From Chitinispirillia bacterium (lineage in GTDB: Bacteria; Fibrobacterota; Chitinivibrionia; Chitinivibrionales; Chitinispirillaceae): a DNA stretch of 58,874 nt. The DNA lies in the NCBI GenBank assembly GCA_009786415.1, contig WQTH01000007.1, forward strand, positions 1-58,874, written 5' to 3'. A program made the translations under genes and the position numbers. Under the pieces are notes generated by a model. The model did no database searches. It saw only the letters and a program-made list of their open reading frames with translations, and was not told the origin of the DNA. Shown here one piece after another: positions 44,713 to 52,211 of the stretch. The first letter of the stretch is position 1. Each line of letters opens with the position of its first letter.

Positions 44713-47184
44713 ATGCCGACAGCGATGTACAGATTTTTTACGCTTATGTTCCTTGCCGCCCTTTTGGCGCCAGCGCTCTCCCATGCCCAGAACATCGTCT
44801 CGCCGGAACTTATGCGGCAGATCAGGAAAGACCGGGCCGCTATGGAGCAGATAAACCGCCACCTGCAGCGCAACCCGGCCCTGCGCGACTCGCTGCTGCA
44901 GCGCAGCGCGGCGGTTATGGCGGACAGTTTGGGTCTGCGGGACAGTTCGGGCACCGCCGACTCGCTGCTCATGGCCGCCGACACCGCGCGGCAGCCGTTT
45001 TCCAATTCCGTATATTTGGATATGTTCGCCGGGAGGGTCATCTATCCCGACAGCGTCATCCCGCACCTGCTGCCCTACGGCTACGAGGTGTTTTCGCAGA
45101 GGCGCGAGCCGGTTTTCGGCCCCGGCGAGATGGGCGGCGTACCCGCAAGCTACCCCATACGCCCCGGCGACGAACTGAAAATAACGCTGTGGGGGCGGAT
45201 AAACGACGAGTACCACCTGACCGTCAACCGCGAGGGCGCGGTGAGCGTCCCCCACAACGTAGGCCCGGTCACGGTGGCGGGGCTGCCGCTTAGCGCCGCG
45301 CAGAAGGCCATAGCCGACCGGCTGAAAAATATCGAGGGCGTAAGCGTCGCCGTGTCGGTGGCGGAGATCAGGCCCATCGGCATCTATATAGTCGGGGAGG
45401 TCGGCTCGCCGGGGTTCCACACGGTCAGCCCGCTCACAAGCGTGACCAACGCGCTCTTCGCCGCAGGGGGTATAACCCAGCGCGGGTCGCTGCGGAACGT
45501 GCAGCTGCGACGCGGCGGGAAACTTGTGGCGGAGGTCGATTTTTATGAGTTTCTGATATCCGGCAATGATAAGTCGGGCCTGCGTCTCCATGCGGGGGAC
45601 GTCATAATCGTGCCGGTGGCGCGTCAGGTTGCCGCAGTAGCCGGCAATGTACGCCGGAGCGCGCTGTACGAACTCAAAGGGCCGGCGAAACTGGCGGATA
45701 TCCTTGAACTCGCAGGCGGGGTCAGCCCTGCCGGGTGGTCGGGGCGCGTCCAGGTCGAGCGGTTTCAGGATAACAGCTACCACACGGTGCTCGACGTAAC
45801 CGCCGCCGGCGCCGCACCCGATTTTACGGTTCAGGACGGCGACCTGATAAAAGTCTTCCCCGTATTATCCAAGGACCAAAGCGCCGTGTACCTCAGCGGC
45901 AACGTTTTGCGCCCCGGCAAATATGAGTTCAGGGAGGGTATGCGCGTGCGCGACGTAATCGCCGGCCACCGCGACCTTATGCCGGAGACCTATTTCGAGT
46001 ACGCGGTGATACTGCGCAAGAGCTATCCGTCATACCTGGACAGGATAGTCTCGTTCAACCTCGGCAGGGCGCTCTCCGACGCCGCCTCGCCCGACAACGC
46101 GCCGCTTGAGGACCAGGACCAGCTGATAATCTACAACAGCGATTACTTCAACCCCGACCGCAGCGTGATGGTGGAGGGGGCGGTAACGGCGCCGGGCGCT
46201 TACAAAATGCTCGACAATATGACGGTGCGCGACCTGATACTGCAGGCCGGCGGGCTTAGCGACGAGGCGAGCGGCGAGCGCGGGGAACTGTACCGCCGGC
46301 ACTCGGAGGGGGAGTCGGTCGTCACACGGAAAATAGAATTCAGCATAAGCGCCGCAATGGGGGGCGACCCCGGGCAGAATGTGATTCTGCAGCGCAACGA
46401 CAAGATTTTCATTCGCAGCATGAGGGGCTGGGAGTCGGAGCGCAGCGTGCGCCTGAGCGGCCAGATCTATTACCCGGGGACGTATGTGGCCTTTGAGGAC
46501 GAGACGCTTGGCGATTTGATAACCAGAGCCGGCGGCTTCAAACCCGACGCCTACCTCCCCGCCGCCGTCTTCACCCGCCAGTCGGTCAAGGAGATGGAAG
46601 AGAGCCGGATGCGCCTGTATAATAATGAATTGGGGACGGATATGCTGCGCCTTTCCATGGAAATGGCCACCAAAGGCGTAAACGTGTCATCCCTGCTGGA
46701 GCAGCAGATGACGCTCAAGGGGCTGCTCGACTCCGTGGCGGTTACGGGGCGGGTGATGATAGACATGACGAACGAGGCGAGCTACAAGACGTTTGTGCTT
46801 GAGGATGGCGACGAACTGTTCATCCCCAGAAACCTGTCGACGGTATCGGTCCTCGGTGAGGTCTACAACCCGGCTACCTTCAGGCTTGATCCGCAAAAAA
46901 CGACCGTCCTGCACTATCTTGACATCGCCGGCGGCCCCAAGGAGTCGGCTGACAGGAAGGCCATATACGTGATAAGGGCCAACGGCAGCGTGATACCCAA
47001 CAAGGCCATGCGCATAAGTTCGGTAACGCTGTCGCCGGGGGACGTGGTGATAGTCCCGGCAAAAATCCGATACCCCAACAACTTTAAGGTATTCATAGAC
47101 GCCGCCGACGCGACGCTCAAGGTGGGGAGCTTCCTGGCCGCTATAGCCACGCTGATTGTGGCGATAAACTCCATGAATAAATAG
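44713..47184 (+). CDS. large polysaccharide export protein (Poly_export domain plus multiple SLBB domains, Wza-like)
   Basis: ORF 44686 (TTG), trimmed to the ATG at 44713. Signal FFTLMFLAALLAPALSHA. YPIRPGDELKITLWGR (Poly_export). There are at least 4 SLBB-like units (IYIVGEV..PG, VYLSGNVLRPGKY, VMVEGAVTAPGAY, VRLSGQIYYPGTY, VSVLGEVYNP). C-terminal TM helix. Confidence 0.8.
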   Translation: MPTAMYRFFTLMFLAALLAPALSHAQNIVSPELMRQIRKDRAAMEQINRHLQRNPALRDSLLQRSAAVMADSLGLRDSSGTADSLLMAADTARQPFSNSVYLDMFAGRVIYPDSVIPHLLPYGYEVFSQRREPVFGPGEMGGVPASYPIRPGDELKITLWGRINDEYHLTVNREGAVSVPHNVGPVTVAGLPLSAAQKAIADRLKNIEGVSVAVSVAEIRPIGIYIVGEVGSPGFHTVSPLTSVTNALFAAGGITQRGSLRNVQLRRGGKLVAEVDFYEFLISGNDKSGLRLHAGDVIIVPVARQVAAVAGNVRRSALYELKGPAKLADILELAGGVSPAGWSGRVQVERFQDNSYHTVLDVTAAGAAPDFTVQDGDLIKVFPVLSKDQSAVYLSGNVLRPGKYEFREGMRVRDVIAGHRDLMPETYFEYAVILRKSYPSYLDRIVSFNLGRALSDAASPDNAPLEDQDQLIIYNSDYFNPDRSVMVEGAVTAPGAYKMLDNMTVRDLILQAGGLSDEASGERGELYRRHSEGESVVTRKIEFSISAAMGGDPGQNVILQRNDKIFIRSMRGWESERSVRLSGQIYYPGTYVAFEDETLGDLITRAGGFKPDAYLPAAVFTRQSVKEMEESRMRLYNNELGTDMLRLSMEMATKGVNVSSLLEQQMTLKGLLDSVAVTGRVMIDMTNEASYKTFVLEDGDELFIPRNLSTVSVLGEVYNPATFRLDPQKTTVLHYLDIAGGPKESADRKAIYVIRANGSVIPNKAMRISSVTLSPGDVVIVPAKIRYPNNFKVFIDAADATLKVGSFLAAIATLIVAINSMNK

Positions 47185-47188
47185 CCGC

Positions 47189-47710
47189 TTACGCTTCCCC
47201 ATCCTTATCCATGCAGCACTTTTTGTACTTCTTCCCGCTGCCGCAGGGGCAGGGGTCGTTGCGGTTGACCTTACCCTCTTCGCGTATAAACGGCTTGGGC
47301 GGGTGCACAGTGCCGTCTACGTAGTACCATACCCCGTCTACCCGCCTGAACGTGCCGGTCTCGTGGAGCACCTTCTTCATACGGTCTTCGGTGAACCGCG
47401 CGATGAACTCTACCTGCCCCTCTTTATCCCCCGCGCCCCCCTTATCGGTGGAGACGATCTCGAACCCGGTCCATTCGGAGTTGGCCGACCACGACCTTAT
47501 GGCCTTCTCGTCGCACTCCGAACGCCTATCCGGATACGTGGACGAGATGACAAACTCGACGGCGCCCTTGACGTAGGCGCTGTACCGCGCGCGCATTAGC
47601 TCAAGCGCCGTCCCGGCGGGGCGCGCCGCCGTAACAACCGGCTCACAGCACTCGGCGTAAGGCTTTCCTGAGAGGCACGGGCAGAAGTTGCCGTTATTCT
47701 GGTCTGTCAT
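47189..47710 (-). CDS. ychJ: YchJ-family SEC-C motif protein (UPF0225)
   Basis: ORF 47189..47791, trimmed to the ATG at 47710. N-terminal [34 protein letters not shown], and C-terminal [16 protein letters not shown]. Collinear with E. coli YchJ. Confidence 0.82.
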   Translation of the reverse strand: MTDQNNGNFCPCLSGKPYAECCEPVVTAARPAGTALELMRARYSAYVKGAVEFVISSTYPDRRSECDEKAIRSWSANSEWTGFEIVSTDKGGAGDKEGQVEFIARFTEDRMKKVLHETGTFRRVDGVWYYVDGTVHPPKPFIREEGKVNRNDPCPCGSGKKYKKCCMDKDGEA

Positions 47711-47810
47711 GGCGGTGTCCTTTCTATTGTATATGATAGACCCATCTATAACTATATAAATATATATTACTCCGCAGGTGCGCCGCCGCAAAAAATAAAA
47801 TTCGACATGG

Positions 47811-47835
47811 GCCGACGCTGAACCTCAGCGCCGGC
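47811..47835 (-). terminator. hairpin downstream of the TPR gene (candidate intrinsic terminator)
   Basis: GCCGACGCTGA / ACC / TCAGCGCCGGC forms an 11-bp stem with one mismatch. On the minus strand it is followed after ~7 nt by AATTTTATTTTTT. Confidence 0.35.
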
Positions 47836-47885
47836 TATCTCCGGTGCGGTTAGCGGATAGGAGTAGGATAGCAGCCTTCTGCCCC

Positions 47886-48458
47886 CTAATTGTCCGATAG
47901 AGAGATTCCTAATGCGGCGCCCAGTATGCCGCCTGCCAGGTTGGCAGCGTTATCATTTTGTATCTTGATATTTCCTTTTGCCGTTTCATTGTTCGGATTT
48001 ATTCTCAGCGCGGCCTCGTAGTCAGCCATTGCCAGATCGTTTTTTTTCTGTCTATTATAACAGACGCCGCGGTTTACATAGGCGTTGTCGAAGTTTGGGT
48101 TTATTTTCAATGCTGCGTCATAGTCGGCTATTGCCAATTCGTAATTGTTCAGATCGCGGTAACAGTCACCGCGGTATATATAGGAACCGTCTACGTTTGG
48201 CTTTATTTTTAATACTGCCTCAAAGTCGGCTATTGCCAGTTCGTATTTTTTCTGATCGTAATAATATAAAGCGCGATTGAAATAGGCCTCAGCATGATTC
48301 GGATTTATCTTTAATGCCGCCTCAAAGTCGGCTATTGCCAAATCGGACGCTCCATGGTTGTTATAATATTGGCCGCGATTGAAATAGGCGGCGGCATCAT
48401 CGGGATTAAGCTCAATAGCCAGCGTAAGAGCCTCAATATCATTGTTTTGATCAGCCAT
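47886..48458 (-). CDS. TPR-repeat protein with a C-terminal glycine-zipper segment
   Basis: ORF 47886..48467 (GTG); ATG at 48458 after AAGGTGG. Five near-identical 34-aa TPR units (AIADFEAALKINPNHAEAYFNRALYY...). The tail contains GGILGAALGISL. Confidence 0.8.
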   Translation of the reverse strand: MADQNNDIEALTLAIELNPDDAAAYFNRGQYYNNHGASDLAIADFEAALKINPNHAEAYFNRALYYYDQKKYELAIADFEAVLKIKPNVDGSYIYRGDCYRDLNNYELAIADYDAALKINPNFDNAYVNRGVCYNRQKKNDLAMADYEAALRINPNNETAKGNIKIQNDNAANLAGGILGAALGISLSDN

Positions 48459-48533
48459 AAAATCCACCTTTCTGTTTATTTATTATGTATATTTATTCAA
48501 ATCCACAACAATTCAGTCAAAAACACAAATCCC

Positions 48534-48923
48534 TCACCGTTTACCAGATGACTGTATGACCCCTTTTTCCGTTTCAACCCAGTATAACTGGATTCTCTCA
48601 TTGGGTATTTGCATCCAAGCCACATAATAGTATTTACCTTTTTCGAATGTTGCCTGAAGCAACATCCCTTTTGCTGTTAATTCGGTCGTGGATGCGTCCA
48701 GATTACTTTTCCGTCTCTTGAAATTGAATTCAAGGGCATTTGTGCCAGCTGGTACACTTACAGCCGCGTTTTTAGCGAAGAAACCGGCATTCCGTTTGAC
48801 TTTTTGCCCGTTGAACGATACGAGTGTCAGGTTTTTTTGGATATAGAGACACGCTGTATTTGGGCCGTCTCCAAGCCTTAGAATTCCTCCTTTTCCCCTT
48901 AAATGTCTCCAAAATCCCCATTT
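48534..48923 (-). pseudogene. start-less ~129-codon open frame (DUF2846-like fold suspected), probably frameshifted at an A7 tract
   Basis: Manual minus-strand translation gives ...DGPNTACLYIQKNLTLVSFNGQKVKRNAGFFAKNAAVSVPAGTNALEFNFKRRKSNLDASTTELTAKGMLLQATFEKGKYYYVAWMQIPNERIQLYWVETEKGVIQSSGKR*. There is no ATG, GTG or TTG in frame before codon ~88. An SD (GGAGG, 48890..48886) plus a TTG (48874..48872) open a different frame, which stops right after an A7 run (48838..48832). Confidence 0.35.
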
Positions 48924-49031
48924 TTACTCCGGTGTAGCGGTTTTTGCACAAAAAACTTGATTTTGTAACGTACACCATAGTATATTAATAACATATATAA
49001 TAATTTTTACAATACATGTAGGAAAGATACG

Positions 49032-49676
49032 ATGAAAAAAATGATGGTAATGCTGCTGGCCCTCTATTCTGTTGCGGCAGCGGGTACGGATGTGTCATTC
49101 GGGTTTGGGGGGGATTTGGGCTTAGGCTTGGGAGTAGGTGCGCCCGGGTCAAATATGTTTGACGGGGCATACGCGTTTTACAACAGTCCGTCAATTGGCG
49201 GCGGCGGATCCGTTGGGTTTGGGCTAACGCTGGGTACTATGGTAGCAAACAAGGTGGGTTTTTCCACCGGGGCATATTACCGTTGCCTGCTGAGGTCTTT
49301 CAATATATATTCCAATGCTGCCTCGTCTGCTGACACGATTAAAGCTTTTGTAACCGATAATTCGGTAACATTTCCGGCATTGATTCGTATTGGGATTGTA
49401 GAGGATCGGATTTGGGCGGAAGCCGGGGTTCAGCTGGGGATGCCGTTTAGCGCCAGCGCGTCGTTGCGTAACAAGCGTCTCGGTATTAGCGACAGGTATT
49501 CGGATTTCAGGCCTGAGTATGATTTGGGGATCATTTTGGGGGTGGGATACTATGAGGAAGGCTCTTTTCGCGGTTTCAGGCTTTTTATCCCAACGGCTAT
49601 GATGGATACGCAGAACACTATTCCCGGCGCGGTTATACTCAGCCTTGCTTTTGATATACCGTATAAGGTTTTCTAA
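49032..49676 (+). CDS. small outer-membrane beta-barrel protein
   Basis: Signal MKKMMVMLLALYSVAAAG. Gly-rich alternating strands. C-terminal beta-signal ...AFDIPYKVF ends in Phe. Confidence 0.6.
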   Translation: MKKMMVMLLALYSVAAAGTDVSFGFGGDLGLGLGVGAPGSNMFDGAYAFYNSPSIGGGGSVGFGLTLGTMVANKVGFSTGAYYRCLLRSFNIYSNAASSADTIKAFVTDNSVTFPALIRIGIVEDRIWAEAGVQLGMPFSASASLRNKRLGISDRYSDFRPEYDLGIILGVGYYEEGSFRGFRLFIPTAMMDTQNTIPGAVILSLAFDIPYKVF

Positions 49677-49815
49677 TTTTGACGGGTTTCAAAAATTTGT
49701 TTTTTGCTGCGTACGGTACAAATAGTATATTTGGTAGGTATAGTTGGATTCCGATTGGGTCAGAGTTAGGGTGAAATTTTTAGTGGGAGGGTTTTTTATT
49801 GTGAGAACTGGTACA

Positions 49816-50955
49816 ATGGTGTTTGGGAGATTCGTATTAGGTGTTCGTGTGGCAAAAGGTACTCTTTTGGCCGCAGTTTTTACGGCGTTTTTCAGTTTTT
49901 CCTGCATAAACGGCGAGGGGGAATGGGGAGACGACGACGACGGGTCGACAAGTGGCAATTTGAATTTGGCTGACCGGCTGCGGGAAATCCACGCAAACGC
50001 GGTGAGCGGAGGGCAGTACGACATTGAGTTGACAGGCAGCGGGAATATAGGCGCTCAGGAGCTTTCGTTTTCGGGCAGGACCAACATCACTATACGGATT
50101 ACGGGCAGCGGCGGTGTGGTGAGGACAGTCGCGATGACCGGCAGTGGTACGCTTTTCACAATAGGTTCCGGCGTTATTTTGGAGTTGGGTGATATGGTTA
50201 CGCTTAGGGGCAATGTGGATAACAATGTCCCGCTTGTAGTGGTGGGCAGCGGCGGGACGCTGACAATGAAAGCGGGGTCTAAGATCATCAGCAACACAAA
50301 CCGCAGCGGTTATAGCACCGCTGGCGTGGTAGTGTCCACGGGTGGGATTTTTCTGATGGAGGGCGGCGAGATTTCTGGCCATACTGCCAGCGGCTACACT
50401 TCCCGCGGTGGGGTGCATGTGCAGTCCGGCGCGGATTTTTTGATGGAGGGCGGCAAAATTTCCGGCAACACTGCCTCCTCCTACGGGAATGGCGGTGGGG
50501 TGTTTGTTGAGGGGCGTTTTACTATGGCAGGTGGTGAGATTTCCGGCAATTCGGTTTCCTCTAACGGTGGAGGGGTGCATGTATCCAGAGGTGTTTTTGC
50601 TATGGAGGGCGGCTCAATCTCCGGCAATACTGCTGGTTCCAACGGTGGCGGGGTGTATATGTCGAACGCGATGTTTACTATGAGCGGCGGCATACTCTCT
50701 TTTAACACCGCAGCCAGCGGTGGCGGTGGAGTGTATGTCACCAGTAACGCGGGTATTGTCAAGACCGGCGGGACTATTTACGGTTATGATCTGAGGGATA
50801 GCAACAGAAACACTGCGACAACGGGGATAAGTTCCAATGACAGGGGTCACGCGGTGTTTGTCGACAGCAGTCCCGGCAAACGCAGAGAGACTACCGCAGG
50901 TCCGGCGGTGAATCTGGATTCGGAAGTACTCGGCGCGGCGGGAGGATGGGAGTAA
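49816..50955 (+). CDS. lipoprotein with Pmp-like parallel beta-helix repeats
   Basis: ORF 49744, trimmed to the ATG at 49816. Lipobox FFSFSC. About 6 repeats of the form F.MEGG.ISGNTA...GGGV.V. A conserved ~65-aa C-terminal module is shared with 52212..54152. Confidence 0.7.
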   Translation: MVFGRFVLGVRVAKGTLLAAVFTAFFSFSCINGEGEWGDDDDGSTSGNLNLADRLREIHANAVSGGQYDIELTGSGNIGAQELSFSGRTNITIRITGSGGVVRTVAMTGSGTLFTIGSGVILELGDMVTLRGNVDNNVPLVVVGSGGTLTMKAGSKIISNTNRSGYSTAGVVVSTGGIFLMEGGEISGHTASGYTSRGGVHVQSGADFLMEGGKISGNTASSYGNGGGVFVEGRFTMAGGEISGNSVSSNGGGVHVSRGVFAMEGGSISGNTAGSNGGGVYMSNAMFTMSGGILSFNTAASGGGGVYVTSNAGIVKTGGTIYGYDLRDSNRNTATTGISSNDRGHAVFVDSSPGKRRETTAGPAVNLDSEVLGAAGGWE

Positions 50956-50958
50956 CTA

Positions 50959-51822
50959 ATGAGGAATGCGTTGATAATATTTTTAGCTTTTTGTACGTTT
51001 GCGCTCGCGCAGGAGAGACAAACCGTTGCTGTGTATATGGCCGGCGAAGAACCGCAAAGCGCCAGGGGGGCGCATAAGGTGCTGGGTGGGGAGTTGGTGA
51101 AAACCATCAATGGAAGCGGCAGGTACATTGCCGTGGACCGCACGGAGGCCATACAAACGCAGTTGGTCAAAGAGCATACGTTCCAGCAAGGCGGCGCGGT
51201 TGACGATGCGCAGATAAAAAACTGGGGAAAACAGTTCAGTGTGCAGTACCTTTGTATAGTGGAAATAAGTGCTCTTAAAGGCGGACAATTTTATTTAGAC
51301 GTACGATTAGTTGATGTGGAAACTGCGGTAACGTCGAAAAGCGCTACAGCGGACAGTGATCTGAGAGACGCCGGTGAGATAATGCGGGTAGCGCGGTATC
51401 TGGCGAGGGGGATTGTTGACGTCGGCGGTGTTTATGATTCCGGTCCGGGCCTGCGGCCCCTTGTTCCCGGCTGGGCTCAGATCCACAGGGGCAGCAATGG
51501 ATTGGGTACATTTTTTATAGTAGGCGAGGCCGCCCTTATCGGCGGTGCGGTGATGGCTGAGGTATTTCGTCAGGATAACGATTCCAAGGTCAATTCTACG
51601 TTTAATTCCGCGCAGAGGCAGCGTTACATAGACAATACTAACGCCATGCAAAACCTGTGTATTGGCTTGTTAATCGGTGCCGCTGGTTTATATGTATGGA
51701 ATGTCGCGGATGGTTTTGCTGGTAAGAGGCAGGATGGGGTGCAGGCGTCCCGGACCGAATTTAAGATAACGCCGTACGCGGATTCGCGGTCGGGCGGCTT
51801 GATGTTGACATTGGACTTTTAG
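50959..51822 (+). CDS. secreted LpoB/FlgO-fold-like domain protein with a two-TM DUF5683-like C-terminal region
   Basis: Signal MRNALIIFLAFCTFALAQ. N-domain VAVYMAG...GRYIAVDRTE...QYLCIVEIS...FYLDVRLVDVETA. Then LVPGWAQIHRGSNGLGTFFIVGEAALIGGAV and a second TM. It ends ...LMLTLDF. Confidence 0.45.
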   Translation: MRNALIIFLAFCTFALAQERQTVAVYMAGEEPQSARGAHKVLGGELVKTINGSGRYIAVDRTEAIQTQLVKEHTFQQGGAVDDAQIKNWGKQFSVQYLCIVEISALKGGQFYLDVRLVDVETAVTSKSATADSDLRDAGEIMRVARYLARGIVDVGGVYDSGPGLRPLVPGWAQIHRGSNGLGTFFIVGEAALIGGAVMAEVFRQDNDSKVNSTFNSAQRQRYIDNTNAMQNLCIGLLIGAAGLYVWNVADGFAGKRQDGVQASRTEFKITPYADSRSGGLMLTLDF

Positions 51823-51837
51823 GGGAGGTGCAGCCGG

Positions 51838-52170
51838 ATGAAAAAGCCGTTGATTGTTTTTTTTGTGTTGGTGGCGCTGATGTTTTGCGTTTCGTGCGAG
51901 AGGGAAGGGTACGAGACTTTCGGCGGAATTCACGGTACGGTAACTGATGCGGGCACAAGCGCTCCGGTTTCGGGTGCTAATGTTACGCTTTCACCGGGTG
52001 GGGCGGTTAGTCTGACGGGATCCGATGGCGGCTACACGTTCACGAAACTGGAACCGGACAGGCAGTATACAGTCAACGTATTGTGTACTGGTTACAGGAG
52101 CGATACAAGGAGCGTTACCGTGAGGGTGGGTGAGAGTGTGCCCGTAAGTTTTTTGTTGATTGGGGAGTGA
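51838..52170 (+). CDS. small lipoprotein consisting of one carboxypeptidase-regulatory-like (CarboxypepD_reg) domain
   Basis: Lipobox LMFCVSC. GIHGTVTDAGTSAPVSGANVTLSPGG...TGSDGGYTFTKLEPDRQYTVNVLCTGY. Confidence 0.65.
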   Translation: MKKPLIVFFVLVALMFCVSCEREGYETFGGIHGTVTDAGTSAPVSGANVTLSPGGAVSLTGSDGGYTFTKLEPDRQYTVNVLCTGYRSDTRSVTVRVGESVPVSFLLIGE

Positions 52171-52211
52171 CCGGGTAGAAATATATTTATATCTTGCACG
52201 ACGGGAGGATT

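Noticed and set aside
43953-45783. 362-aa and 368-aa ORFs antisense to ftsE and the Wza-like gene
   Set aside because: Arg/Pro/His-rich with no recognisable motifs. The sense-strand genes are strongly supported. This is a GC-driven absence of stop codons.
48772-48978. 68-aa ORF from the track (MVYVTKSSFLCKNRY…)
   Set aside because: It is basic and low-complexity. It overlaps a more protein-like alternative frame (see the pseudogene call), so it is likely spurious.
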